A stretch of DNA of 64,000 bases from Truepera sp. (GTDB taxonomy: Bacteria > Deinococcota > Deinococci > Deinococcales > Trueperaceae), in contig CBDCKW010000009.1 in assembly GCA_965218435.1 (NCBI GenBank), forward strand, positions 3,808,001 through 3,872,000, written 5' to 3'. Both the position numbers and the translations under genes were made by a program. The notes below the pieces were generated by a model, which saw only the letters and a program-made list of their open reading frames with translations, ran no database searches and was not told the DNA's origin. Below, in pieces: positions 39,595 through 49,928 of this stretch; positions within the stretch are counted from its first letter, which is position 1; every line of letters starts with the position of its first letter.

Positions 39595-40767
39595 TTATCC
39601 GAGCCCGCGTTCTCTTGCCCAGACGATGACCTCAGCGCGGGTGTGAAGGCCGAGTTTTTCGTAAATGCTCGAGATGTAGTTGCGCACCGTTTGCGTGGCG
39701 AGCCCGAGTTCGCTGCCGATGGTGTCGTTGTTTGAGCCCTTGGCGACGTAGCTTAAAACCTGCCGTTCGCGGGCGGTCAGTTCGTCAATACCGGTTCGGT
39801 CAACGTCGCCTGAACGCAGCTGCGCGAGCCGTTCGACGACCGAACGGCTAAACCAGGTGGCGTCGTTCATCACCTCTTCGATAGCCCGCATCAGCTGCGC
39901 TTCGCTCTGTTTACGCTCGGTTACGTCAATAAAGATGTCGAGCTGACACGCCTCGTTGTCCACGTCAATGATTTCGCTGGCGACCATGACCGAGAGCACC
40001 TCGCCCCCTTTTTTACGAATCTCCATCTCGCGGAGCGGGACCGGGACGCCGCGCCGGAGCTGCGCTAAGGTGCGTTCACGTCCGGGCCGGTCAACGTAGA
40101 GTTCGATCTCGGTCAGCGTACGCCCGACGACCTCCTCACGCGTGTACCCGGTCAGCGACAAAAAGCTCTCGTTGACGTTGAGGTAGCACTTGTCGGTTAA
40201 GCGGACGATAACAGTTGGGGCGGGGCTCGAGCTAAACGCCTTGTAAAACCTATCTTCGGAGCGCCGCAGCGCCTCAGTCCGCTCTTCGACGCGTTTTTCC
40301 AACGTTTCGTACGAGGCTCTAAGCTCTTCATCCTGCGCCAGCCGCTGCGTTTCGTCACGGATAATTTTGGCAAACCCGCGCAACTGCTCCGGCTGCTCTT
40401 TGTCGACCAGCGCGACCAGCACGCCGTTAACCCAAAGACGCGAGCCGTCTTTGCGGACGTGCCAGCGGTCGTCCTCTGAGCGTCCGGTTTGAGCTGCTTG
40501 CTCGAGCTCGTGTTGCGGCGCTCCCGTGGCGCGGTCTTCGGGGGTAAAGATAAGGTCTATCGCCTGACCTATTACCTCAGCACTGCAGTACCCAAGGGTT
40601 TCTTGTGCACCTAAATTCCACGAGTCGATCCTGCCGTCCGTATCGGTGGTAAAAACGGCGTAATCTTTGAGGTTTTCAACCAGAAGCCGGTAGCGTTCTT
40701 CTTGTTCCAAGACGCGCTTCCGACTGTCGTTTTCTTGCACCATCTGCTCCCTTATGTCGGTAACCAC
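39595..40767 (-). CDS. PAS-PAS-LuxR one-component regulator
   Basis: Two PAS/PAC domains (RKDGSRLW); LTARERQVL...TVRNYISSIYEKLG. Confidence 0.88.
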   Translation of the reverse strand: MVTDIREQMVQENDSRKRVLEQEERYRLLVENLKDYAVFTTDTDGRIDSWNLGAQETLGYCSAEVIGQAIDLIFTPEDRATGAPQHELEQAAQTGRSEDDRWHVRKDGSRLWVNGVLVALVDKEQPEQLRGFAKIIRDETQRLAQDEELRASYETLEKRVEERTEALRRSEDRFYKAFSSSPAPTVIVRLTDKCYLNVNESFLSLTGYTREEVVGRTLTEIELYVDRPGRERTLAQLRRGVPVPLREMEIRKKGGEVLSVMVASEIIDVDNEACQLDIFIDVTERKQSEAQLMRAIEEVMNDATWFSRSVVERLAQLRSGDVDRTGIDELTARERQVLSYVAKGSNNDTIGSELGLATQTVRNYISSIYEKLGLHTRAEVIVWARERGLG

Positions 40768-40853
40768 CCACCGGATTCACTGTAGCGGACGTTTGCCCCC
40801 ATAACAAGAAGCTTTTGTCCTAAGTTAGAACAGCTATTTGAACTTGTCACGGG

Positions 40854-41462
40854 TTAGCCTTCGCCGCCCGCCGGGTGATGGTCAAGCCCTTCGTAGGCTT
40901 CCATAAAGGCGTTGATCCGGGCGGGGTCGAGCTCATCAAAGGTCTCGAGCCGACCCCACGCGGTTAGCGCGTAGTGTGCGCTCAGGTCTTTACGCGGCGC
41001 AATCACCACGCGGCGGTAGCGACTCGCGTCGTAGGCGTTCTCGAGCTCCTCAACTTGCGCTTGATTTTCTGCCGGTGTCCCGGCTTGGTACCACAAGATA
41101 ACGCCCGCGTCTTCTAAGTTATGAACGAGCAGAGGGTCGGGTTGAACCTCGGTATACGCGCCCCAACCCGCCGTGTAAGGCAGGTGCGGCCCCGAGGTCG
41201 GCGGATTCGAGTTGTAGGTAGGCGTCGCGCCTTCGCCGATATGTGCGTTGCCTAAACTGCGAAAATGTTCTCCGGGAAGCCGTGACTGCCGGTAGCTGTT
41301 GATGCCAACAGGCGTAGCGATCAGAAGCGCCAGCCCCGCGCCGATAAGCCACGGTGTCAGCGAACGTTTCTGCGGCTGTTGAGGGCTTTTTGGCTGCACC
41401 TTAGGTTTTGTTCTAGCTTTTTTCGTTGACCTTTTCGCAGTTATTTTTTTCTCCGTTGCCAT
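40854..41462 (-). CDS. DUF3105 domain membrane protein
   Basis: YNSNPPTSGPH, LVHNLE, ALTAWG. Confidence 0.85.
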   Translation of the reverse strand: MATEKKITAKRSTKKARTKPKVQPKSPQQPQKRSLTPWLIGAGLALLIATPVGINSYRQSRLPGEHFRSLGNAHIGEGATPTYNSNPPTSGPHLPYTAGWGAYTEVQPDPLLVHNLEDAGVILWYQAGTPAENQAQVEELENAYDASRYRRVVIAPRKDLSAHYALTAWGRLETFDELDPARINAFMEAYEGLDHHPAGGEG

Positions 41463-41595
41463 ACGCTAATTTACCCTGCGACACTGAGAAAAGCTGTTAC
41501 TTTAACAGCGCCGGGTTCAGCTTATAGGCTTCCTGCTTATCACGTCAGCTAACGGAGCCGTTAAGACGCTAAGCTAACCAGTAAGAGGTGACACG

Positions 41596-42591
41596 ATGAC
41601 TCAAGCCACAACCTTCCGCGCTTTCCGAATCGAAAAGTCAGGAGAGACGTTCTCTCGAGGTGTAAAGACGCTCGCTCAGAACACCCTGCCGGACGGTGAC
41701 CTGACCGTACAGGTCGCCTATTCGTCCCTCAACTACAAAGACGCACTTTCGGCGACCGGCAACCCCGGCGTCACCAAAACCTACCCACATACGCCTGGGA
41801 TTGACGCGGCTGGAACCGTGCTAACGAGCCGCGACGCACGTTTTAACGTTGGCGACGAAGTGATCGTCACTTCTTATGACCTCGGGATGAATACACCGGG
41901 GGGCTTCGGCGAGCTGATCCGCGTCCCGGCGGCGTGGGCCGTGCCGCTCCCGGCGGGGTTGTCGCTTCGTGAAGCGATGGTTTTGGGAACAGCCGGACTG
42001 ACTGCAGGGCTCTGTTTAGACGCGCTCTTAAACCACGGTCTGATGCCGGAGGACGGGCCGGTCGTGGTGACGGGCGCGTCGGGCGGCGTCGGTAGTGTGG
42101 CGGTGGCGCTCCTTGCGCGGGCAGGGTTTCAAACCGTGGCGAGTACCGGGACCGAGGCGGCGCACGGCTGGCTCAGAGACCTCGGCGCAGCGGCGATCAG
42201 CCCACGCGCTGAGCTTTCTGCGCCGTCACCCAAACCGCTGCTCAAAGCGCAGTTTGCCGGGGCGATAGATACGGTTGGCGGCGAGGTATTGACGAACGTC
42301 GTCAAGTCGCTGAGCTACCGGGGCGCGGCGGCGGCGTGTGGCCTGGTGGCGGGGCCGGAACTGTCTCTAAGCGTCTACCCGTTTATCTTGCGCGGGGTGA
42401 GTCTCCTCGGAATTGACTCGGCAGAGTGTCCGATGAAGGTGCGACGAGGGGTGTGGGAAAAGCTGGCCGGTGAATGGAAGGTTGACCTGACGGGCGTTAC
42501 GCGTGAGGTCACATTAGACGAGCTGAGCGGCGTGATTGACGAGATTTTAGCAGGGCAGACGCAGGGCCGGATCGTGGTCAAGGTGAGTTAG
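41596..42591 (+). CDS. yhdH: YhdH/AcuI-family MDR oxidoreductase
   Basis: YSSLNYKDAL, PGIDAAG, GTAGLTA, TGASGGVGS, PFILRGVSLLGIDS. Confidence 0.9.
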   Translation: MTQATTFRAFRIEKSGETFSRGVKTLAQNTLPDGDLTVQVAYSSLNYKDALSATGNPGVTKTYPHTPGIDAAGTVLTSRDARFNVGDEVIVTSYDLGMNTPGGFGELIRVPAAWAVPLPAGLSLREAMVLGTAGLTAGLCLDALLNHGLMPEDGPVVVTGASGGVGSVAVALLARAGFQTVASTGTEAAHGWLRDLGAAAISPRAELSAPSPKPLLKAQFAGAIDTVGGEVLTNVVKSLSYRGAAAACGLVAGPELSLSVYPFILRGVSLLGIDSAECPMKVRRGVWEKLAGEWKVDLTGVTREVTLDELSGVIDEILAGQTQGRIVVKVS

Positions 42592-43064
42592 AGGGGCTCG
42601 AGTTCATCCCCCACACGCACTTCACCCTCTTCGATAATTCTTGCTAACAGACCGCCGTGCCCACGCACCGCGTTATAGCCTCCCGGCCCGAGCGCCTCTT
42701 CCATCCGTGAACACGGGTGGCATAAACCCGCACCTTCAAAGACGGCCTTACCGATCCGAAACCGCCGTTCTTTAAGGGCGAGCAAGTTGACGCCCGACAC
42801 GACGAGGTTGCGCCGGAGCTGTTCAGGAGTAGCCTCACCGCTAGTGAGTGCGCTAATCACCGGTAGATGTTCGGCTTGAATCAGGGTGACCTGCCGCGCT
42901 GACGCCGAAGCGCGTTTACTGCGGTGGTCGCCCGCCAAGCCACGCCCCGGCAAGGCGAGTGTGTGCTCTACGCGTACCGGCGGGGTGCGCCGTTCGGGGC
43001 GCACCAGGATTAGCTCGAGCCTGCCCCTTTGCGGCAACGTGTTGAGTAAGGTTTGAACCGTCAC
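42588..43064 (-). CDS. MOSC domain protein
   Basis: GLAGD, RQVTLIQAEH, LRRNLVVSG, CHPCSRME, GHGG. Confidence 0.9.
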   Translation of the reverse strand: MTVQTLLNTLPQRGRLELILVRPERRTPPVRVEHTLALPGRGLAGDHRSKRASASARQVTLIQAEHLPVISALTSGEATPEQLRRNLVVSGVNLLALKERRFRIGKAVFEGAGLCHPCSRMEEALGPGGYNAVRGHGGLLARIIEEGEVRVGDELEPL

Positions 43065-43123
43065 CTTCTAATTGTAGCGCAGACTATGATGAAGGGGTGG
43101 GTCAGAACTGCAAGGAATAAGCC

Positions 43124-43362
43124 GTGGGGTCCCGGCTCGAGCTCGTTTGCGGCAACCTTACGGTGTGCCGAACCGGAGAAGCTGACGCGCGTTCGCCGTT
43201 TGCCTACCCGTTTTGTCATTTACACCGTCGGTCCGGCTTGGTGGTCACGCAGACGAAGACAACCTGCTCGCCAGCTGTTACCGTAGTGTGTTTGGGGTTG
43301 CGGCCGAGGACGGCCTGCGTTCGCTGGCATTTGCATCTATCAGCACGGGCGGCTATGGACTC
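43124..43362 (+). pseudogene. Decayed macrodomain (YmdB-like O-acetyl-ADP-ribose deacetylase) gene
   Basis: Collinear fragments in shifting frames: RLELVCGNLT-CRTGEA / KLT..RLPTRFVIYTVGPAW / DEDNLLASCYRSVFGVAAEDGLRSLAFASISTGGYG; NAAN/GGG segment deleted. Confidence 0.8.
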
Positions 43363-43526
43363 TCTCGCATACAGCGCGGCCTGCACTAAGAGAGGTTTGG
43401 ACAGGGCTCAGGGCCAACTCTCAGCTAGAGTAGGTCAAGGCTTTCTGCTTTAGTGACCGTTTCAGTGGCTATTTTAGTGACCGTGATTTTAAGCGTCTAC
43501 CAAGACGCTCTACAAATGGAGGCAAG

Positions 43527-45845
43527 ATGAAACGATTTTGGTTGATAGTACTGCTACTTACTGCACTTCTTACGGTGCTCCTCGGCGCGTGTCGGCGCAA
43601 TGTGGCACCTGTGGCCCCTGTTGTGGGGACGCTCGAGCTCACCGTCGCCGGGTTACCGGCTGGGACGGCCGCGGCGGTTTCGGTCACCGGCCCAAACGGG
43701 TTCGCTCAGAGTTTGACGCAGAGTGGTTCACTCGTCCGCTTGGCTCCCGGCGCGTATTCTGTGAGTGCGACACCGGTCACGCGCGCGGCAGAAACCTATA
43801 CCGCTGCCGTCAGCGGGTCACCCGCGACCGTTGCTGCAGGTGCGACGACGCCGGTGACGGTGACCTACGCAGTCGGGCGCGGTGCGGGCGGCGCGGTCTC
43901 CGGAACGGTCAGTATTGTCGGAGCCGGGGCTGGGGCCGACGCCCCGTTTGTTCCGGGTGAAGTCATTGTTAAGTTCAAACCGGGATTAGGTGAGCAAGCG
44001 TTGCGTGCACAGGCGCTCACGGGAGTGCTCGAGCCCGTTCGTGACCTGCCCCTCAAAGATGTGGGTCTTTACCGCGCCTCACCCTCGCTACGTGCGCAAA
44101 GTACCGATCTCAAAACCGATACCTTGAACCTGGTCGCGCAGCTTTCAGCCAGGGACGATGTGCTCTACGCCACGCCGAACTATCTGCTCTCAGCGACTGC
44201 CGAACCCAACGACCCGCTTTACGCGCAGCAGTGGCACCTCCGCGCCATCAACTTGCCCGCGGCTTGGGACCAGACCACCGGCTCAGCGAACGTGACGGTG
44301 GCGATTATTGACAGCGGCGTCGTCACCACACACCCCGACCTCGCGGATAAGCTCTTGCCCGGTTACGATTTTGTCAATAGTTCTGATTCCGGCGACGGTG
44401 ACGGGCGCGACGGCGACCCCACCGATCCTCGGGGTATCTCGCACGGCACGCACGTAGCCGGAACCGTCGGGGCTGCGACGGACAACGGTCTCGGCGTCGC
44501 GGGGGTGAGTTGGGGAGCCCGCATCTTGCCGGTACGGGTTCTGGGTACTGATGATAACGGTGACGCGAACGGCACCCTCGCGGACGCGATTGACGGCATC
44601 CTGTGGAGCGTGGGCGAGCGTGTACCGGGTGTACCCAGCAACCCTAACCCCGCCGACGTGCTGAACTTAAGTCTCGGCGGTCCCTTTTTGTGTAGTGAGG
44701 CCGAAGCACTGCAAGACGCGTTTGACCGGGCCAACGCCGCCGGTGCGGTGGTTGTCGTGGCCGCCGGCAATGACAACGATGACGCCAGCAACTACACGCC
44801 TGCAAGCTGCGGCAACGTCATCGCGGTAGGAGCGACGACGATTGAGAACAAACGCGCCCGCTACTCGAACTATGGCGTACGGGTTGACGTGATGGCTCCG
44901 GGAGGCGATACGAGCACCGACATCAACAAAGACGGTGAACCCGACGGCGTGCTGAGTACGGTGCGCCCGAGCGCCGCCGGTAACGACGGCTACGCCTACT
45001 TTAACGGCACCTCGATGGCCTCACCACACGTGGCCGGGGTTGCCGCCCTCTTAAAAGGGGTGCGACCTTCGCTAAGCACCGCTGACGTGCGTGACATTTT
45101 GACCGCTACTGCAACGCCGCTTACCGATAGCTCTTGTAGACCCGGTTGCGGTGCAGGGCTGATCAACGCGGCGGCGGCTCTGGCCACGCTCGCCACGCCC
45201 GTCGAACCCGACTTTGCCCTCTCGCTCTCACCTGCGGCAGTGTCTCTCAGCGCCGACGCGCCGACGGACGTCACGGTGCTCGTCTCGCGCTCGGGGGACC
45301 TGGCAGGTGCCGTGGCCTTTAGTATCTCCGGCTTACCGGGCGGCTTAAGCGCGAGCTTTGCGCCGTCGTCCACCACGGGTGACAGTGTGCAGCTGACCCT
45401 GACAGCCGCTGCTGATCTCAGCGGTAAGTACACGTTACAGGTACAAGGCGTCAGCGGCAGCGTCAGCAAAACCGTACCACTCAGCGTGTCGGTAGCGGGG
45501 AAAAAACCGCCGGAACCCACAGTAGATATTGCAGGGACTTACGTGTTCGCTTGCCCCGTTTCGAACACCAAATGTACCGTGAGCAAGCTTCCGTTTACCC
45601 AGATCGAAACGGGCGGCCTCAGCGCCGACTATACGATTCCGAACGTACCCGCTGGGAACTATCATGTCTTCGGTTGGAATGACCTAAACGGTAATGGGAT
45701 AGTTGACAACGGCGAGCCCTTCGGTTCATTTCCAACTTCGGGAACGCCGCAGGTTATCAATCCACCGGTAAGCGGCGTCAACCTTACACTGGTGCCCGCG
45801 TTAGGAACGCAGGCTCGATTTAACAAGCTCCTGCAGGGGCGTTAG
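43527..45845 (+). CDS. S8 (subtilisin-like) serine protease lipoprotein
   Basis: Lipobox LGAC; IIDSG, SHGTHVAG, AAGN, NGTSMASPHVAG. Confidence 0.93.
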   Translation: MKRFWLIVLLLTALLTVLLGACRRNVAPVAPVVGTLELTVAGLPAGTAAAVSVTGPNGFAQSLTQSGSLVRLAPGAYSVSATPVTRAAETYTAAVSGSPATVAAGATTPVTVTYAVGRGAGGAVSGTVSIVGAGAGADAPFVPGEVIVKFKPGLGEQALRAQALTGVLEPVRDLPLKDVGLYRASPSLRAQSTDLKTDTLNLVAQLSARDDVLYATPNYLLSATAEPNDPLYAQQWHLRAINLPAAWDQTTGSANVTVAIIDSGVVTTHPDLADKLLPGYDFVNSSDSGDGDGRDGDPTDPRGISHGTHVAGTVGAATDNGLGVAGVSWGARILPVRVLGTDDNGDANGTLADAIDGILWSVGERVPGVPSNPNPADVLNLSLGGPFLCSEAEALQDAFDRANAAGAVVVVAAGNDNDDASNYTPASCGNVIAVGATTIENKRARYSNYGVRVDVMAPGGDTSTDINKDGEPDGVLSTVRPSAAGNDGYAYFNGTSMASPHVAGVAALLKGVRPSLSTADVRDILTATATPLTDSSCRPGCGAGLINAAAALATLATPVEPDFALSLSPAAVSLSADAPTDVTVLVSRSGDLAGAVAFSISGLPGGLSASFAPSSTTGDSVQLTLTAAADLSGKYTLQVQGVSGSVSKTVPLSVSVAGKKPPEPTVDIAGTYVFACPVSNTKCTVSKLPFTQIETGGLSADYTIPNVPAGNYHVFGWNDLNGNGIVDNGEPFGSFPTSGTPQVINPPVSGVNLTLVPALGTQARFNKLLQGR

Positions 45846-45980
45846 AGCACATTTAAGGCTCCATAACCTCAGTCTAAAGGCGGAGAGGCTTTGTAACCCT
45901 AGCAAGGGTGAGCAGCCTCTCCTTTTGCTAGCGTAGCCTCAGACCCACTAAGGGGCCGCCTATTCTGAAGGAGGAACACG

Positions 45981-46577
45981 ATGGCTTTTGAAGCAACCCC
46001 ACTCCCGTATCCGAACGACGCGCTCGAGCCCAACATTGACGCGCAGACGATGGAAATCCATCACGATAAGCACTACGGCACCTACACGACCAAACTTAAC
46101 AGCGCGGTCGAAGGGACCGAACTCGAGAACCTTTCGATTGAAGACATCCTCGCCAAAGGTGCCGACGCGCTGCCTGCAGCCGTCCGCAACAACGGCGGCG
46201 GTTACTACAACCACGGCCTCTTTTGGGAGTGGCTGAGCCCACAAGGGGGCGGCGAACCGAGCGGCGAGTTGGGCGAGGCCATCGCTCGAGACTTCGGCTC
46301 GTTCGACTCGTTTAAGGAAAAGTTCGCCGACGCCGCTGCCACCCGCTTCGGTTCCGGCTGGGCGTGGCTCGTTTCTGACGGGGGCACGCTCTCAATTATG
46401 AGCACCCCAAACCAAGACAGCCCCATCATGGAGGGCAAACACGCCGTGCTGGGCCTTGACGTATGGGAGCACGCGTACTACCTCAAATATCAGAACAAAC
46501 GCCCCGACTATATCAGCGCGTTTTGGAACGTTGTCAACTGGGACAAGGTAAACGAACTCTACGCTCAGACGAAGTAA
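45981..46577 (+). CDS. sodA: Superoxide dismutase, probably Mn type
   Basis: [34 protein letters not shown]. Confidence 0.95.
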   Translation: MAFEATPLPYPNDALEPNIDAQTMEIHHDKHYGTYTTKLNSAVEGTELENLSIEDILAKGADALPAAVRNNGGGYYNHGLFWEWLSPQGGGEPSGELGEAIARDFGSFDSFKEKFADAAATRFGSGWAWLVSDGGTLSIMSTPNQDSPIMEGKHAVLGLDVWEHAYYLKYQNKRPDYISAFWNVVNWDKVNELYAQTK

Positions 46578-46596
46578 ATCCGTTTTTAGCTAAGGC

Positions 46597-46626
46597 TGCG
46601 CCGGACAACTGTCCGGCGCATTTTTT
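46597..46626 (+). terminator. Rho-independent terminator
   Basis: tgcgccggaca-ac-tgtccggcgca followed by T6. Confidence 0.85.
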
Positions 46627-46745
46627 GTAGCTACCCGTTGGTTGACGCTTAGCTGAAAAGGAGATGTTAGGGTTGCGTAGGGTTGCTGGCCGAATAGATA
46701 GCGTTGTTGACCGAAACTTGCTTGCGACTCACTAAGGAGAACTAG

Positions 46746-49343
46746 ATGGTTAAAAGGATTTTGGGTTTAGGAGGGCTGCTCTTATTAAGCGCCTGCTCGC
46801 ATGTCAAACCTGTGCCCGGTTTAGACACGGCGGCAGCGCCGACCGAGCTGTTTTTTTCTGAATACGTTGAGGGTAGCAGCAACAACAAGGCGTTAGAAAT
46901 CTATAACGGTACCGGTGCAGCGGTTGACCTAGCGGCGAGCGGCTACGCCGTAGACATCTACTTTAACGGCAGCACGTCGGCAAGCACCAAGATTCCGCTG
47001 ATGGGAACCGTTGCGCCCAAAGATGTGTTCGTCTTGGCCGACAATGACGCCGCTACGCCGGTGCTAGATGTTGCCGACCAGACGAGTTCCGCAAGTTTTT
47101 TTAACGGCGACGACGCGGTGGTACTCCGTAAAGGGACGACCGTCTTAGACGTCATCGGGCAAATCGGTACCGACCCCGGCAGTGCCTGGGGCAAAGACCC
47201 GACGAGCACGCAAAACAACACGCTCCGCCGTAAAGCGAGCGTCATGCAGGGCGACAGCGACGGAAGCGACGCGTTTGACCCGGCTACCGAGTGGGACGGC
47301 TTTGCGACCGATACCTTCGCCGGTTTAGGTAGCTACGGCGATAGCGGCACCCCGCTGGGAGCGTGTCAGGCTGCGCCCGCTGTAACCCTGATTTCTATCG
47401 TTCAGGGCGACGGTGACGCGACACCTTGCTTAGGGCAAACCGTCAGCGTCGAAGGCGTCGTCGTCGGCGACTTTGAAGGCGCGTCGGCGTTACGCGGGTT
47501 TTATGTTGAAGAAGAACAGGCGGATTGGGACGCTGACGCGGCGACCTCCGAAGGTGTGTTCGTCTTTAACGGTGACAACGACAGTGTGTCGATCGGTCAG
47601 CGCGTCCGGGTGACGGGCCGGGTAAGCGAGTTTGGCGAACAGACCCAGATAACTGCAAACAGCACCGAAGTCCTTGACCGTCCCGCAGTTGTCATCCCTA
47701 AAACGTCCGTCACGCTGCCGGTAGCAAGTTTGGGCGACCTCGAGGCGTTTGAAGGGATGCTCGTCACCTTTCCGCAGTCTCTGGTCATCTCCGAATACTT
47801 CAACTACGACCGTTTCGGCGAACTCGTCCTGGCGGCTCCACCAGCCGGTTTGTCACGCCCTTATACCCCGACCAGCTACGTCAGTCCCGGCGCTGAAGCG
47901 CAGCGTGTGGCTGAGCTGAACGCCCGCAGCCGCATCACCTTAGATGACGGGTTGGGCGTCCAAAACCCCGAGGTGACGCGGCACCCGAACGGCCAACCCT
48001 TCAGCCTGACGAACCGGTTCCGGGGCGGCGATACTGTCACCAACACTGTCGGCGTCCTCGACTACCGTTTTGGAGCCTACCGCGTGCAACCGACGCAAGG
48101 TGCCGATTACGCGGTCAAAAACCCCCGCACCGCTGCGCCTGATAATGTGGGTGGCAGCCTCAAAGTCTCGAGCTTTAACGTGCTCAACTACTTTACGACG
48201 CTCGACAACGGCTCGAACGGGGCACGCGGCGCGGACGACGCCGAAGAGTTTACGCGGCAGCAGGCCAAGATCGTTTCTGCCCTTGCCGCCATTGACGCGG
48301 ACGTGTTCGGCCTTACCGAGATTGAAAACGACGGCGACGTGGCGGTACAAAACCTGACGGACGCGCTCAACGCTCGCGTCGGCGCAGGCACCTACAACTT
48401 CATCTCGACCGGTACTATCGGCACCGACGCCATTAAAGTGGCGCTCCTTTACAAGCCCTCAGCGGTGACGCCCGTCGGCAATTTTGCGCTCCTCGACAGC
48501 TCGAAAGACCCACGGTTTATCGATACCAAAAACCGTCCGGCGCTCGTTCAGACCTTTGACGATGCAACCGGTGGACGGTTTACGGTGGCGCTCAACCACT
48601 TTAAGTCGAAGGGCTCGAGCTGTGACGACGTGGGCGACCCTGATACCGGCGACGGACAGGGCAACTGTAACGAAACGCGCACCAAAGCGGCGGCAGCTTT
48701 AGTGGATTACCTAGCGACTGATCCGACCGGCAGCGGTGACCCCGACGTGCTGATCGTCGGCGACCTCAACTCGTACGATCATGAAGACCCGATTCGCACG
48801 CTTCAAGCGGGCGGGTACACCGACCTCAACCGGCGTTTTGGCGGTGAGTTCGCCTACTCTTACGCGTTTGACGGACAGTTTGGCTACTTGGATTATGCGC
48901 TCTCGAGCCCCACATTAACCGACCAAATTACCGGCACGACCGACTGGCACATCAACGCCGACGAACCCGACTTGCTCGATTACGACACCAGCTTTAAGAG
49001 CGACGGCCAAGATGCGATTTTTGCCCCCGACCCGTACCGCGCCTCGGATCACGACCCGGTAGTGGTGGGGCTTGCGTTGACCGTCCCTGACCCGGCCATC
49101 CTTTTAGACAACCTTATCGGTGAGGTTCAGGCGCTAGGACTTGGGCGCGGTGACGAGCAGAAACTACTGTCCCAGCTCGAGACCGCCGCACGTCAGCTGG
49201 AACGTGGCAACCGTAGGCAGGCAGACGCTGCATTAGGTCGTTTTGAAGATCAAATCGGCAAGCTCGTCCGTAAGGGTTCACTCAGCACCCAACAAGGACA
49301 GCAGCTCGGGGCAGCGTCGCAAACCATCCGCAAACTGCTCTAA
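46746..49343 (+). CDS. ExeM/NucH-family extracellular endonuclease lipoprotein (LTD + OB + EEP domains)
   Basis: Lipobox LSAC; SEYVEGSSNNKALEIYN; FNVLNYF, NHFKSKG, GDLNSY, SDHDPV. Confidence 0.92.
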   Translation: MVKRILGLGGLLLLSACSHVKPVPGLDTAAAPTELFFSEYVEGSSNNKALEIYNGTGAAVDLAASGYAVDIYFNGSTSASTKIPLMGTVAPKDVFVLADNDAATPVLDVADQTSSASFFNGDDAVVLRKGTTVLDVIGQIGTDPGSAWGKDPTSTQNNTLRRKASVMQGDSDGSDAFDPATEWDGFATDTFAGLGSYGDSGTPLGACQAAPAVTLISIVQGDGDATPCLGQTVSVEGVVVGDFEGASALRGFYVEEEQADWDADAATSEGVFVFNGDNDSVSIGQRVRVTGRVSEFGEQTQITANSTEVLDRPAVVIPKTSVTLPVASLGDLEAFEGMLVTFPQSLVISEYFNYDRFGELVLAAPPAGLSRPYTPTSYVSPGAEAQRVAELNARSRITLDDGLGVQNPEVTRHPNGQPFSLTNRFRGGDTVTNTVGVLDYRFGAYRVQPTQGADYAVKNPRTAAPDNVGGSLKVSSFNVLNYFTTLDNGSNGARGADDAEEFTRQQAKIVSALAAIDADVFGLTEIENDGDVAVQNLTDALNARVGAGTYNFISTGTIGTDAIKVALLYKPSAVTPVGNFALLDSSKDPRFIDTKNRPALVQTFDDATGGRFTVALNHFKSKGSSCDDVGDPDTGDGQGNCNETRTKAAAALVDYLATDPTGSGDPDVLIVGDLNSYDHEDPIRTLQAGGYTDLNRRFGGEFAYSYAFDGQFGYLDYALSSPTLTDQITGTTDWHINADEPDLLDYDTSFKSDGQDAIFAPDPYRASDHDPVVVGLALTVPDPAILLDNLIGEVQALGLGRGDEQKLLSQLETAARQLERGNRRQADAALGRFEDQIGKLVRKGSLSTQQGQQLGAASQTIRKLL

Positions 49344-49363
49344 AGCTGAGACGATCACCTTTG

Positions 49364-49393
49364 ACCGACGCGAAGTTTTTCGCGTCGGTTTTC
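49364..49393 (+). terminator. Rho-independent terminator
   Basis: accgacgcgaa / ttcgcgtcggt followed by ttt. Confidence 0.7.
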
Positions 49394-49417
49394 TTGATGG
49401 CATTTTAGACTTGGGCT

Positions 49418-49921
49418 ATGAACGCCAAAGCTGAAACAGCGGTGACATTGCTGTTACTCGCTGTTTGTTTCGGGCTGCTGGGTTGGAACTTGTGGCCGCG
49501 CCTTACGGTGCAGAAGGTGGCGATGGGGCTCGAGCAACCCGACGTCACCGTCTCGGTGGCGGGCGCGGTGGCGTTTCCGGGGGTTTATGCACTGCCGTGG
49601 GGCTCGCACGTGACCGACGCTGTTGCTAAAGCAGGAGGTTTGACCGACGCCGCCGAAGCGACGCTCCTGAACCTCGCCGATCCGCTGACAACCGGTGAAA
49701 CCGTCCTCGTGCCCGTAGCGCGGACCGCAACCGGTGAAGACCGGCTCAGCCTCAATACTGCGACGGAACGCGAATTGGAACTGCTCGTTCCGGGTGTCGG
49801 CCCCGTGACTGCTGCGAAAATCGTTGCAGCGCGGCCCTTTGAGAGCGTCGAAGATTTGCTCGACGTTTCTGGTATCGGCCCCGCGACGCTCGAGAAAATC
49901 CGGCCTTACGTTAAACCGTGA
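49418..49921 (+). CDS. comEA: Competence DNA-binding protein ComEA
   Basis: TM; SLBB domain (VAGAVAFPGVY, AGG, LNLA); HhH motifs (PGVGP, SGIGPATLEKI). Confidence 0.92.
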   Translation: MNAKAETAVTLLLLAVCFGLLGWNLWPRLTVQKVAMGLEQPDVTVSVAGAVAFPGVYALPWGSHVTDAVAKAGGLTDAAEATLLNLADPLTTGETVLVPVARTATGEDRLSLNTATERELELLVPGVGPVTAAKIVAARPFESVEDLLDVSGIGPATLEKIRPYVKP

Positions 49922-49928
49922 TGGTGTC

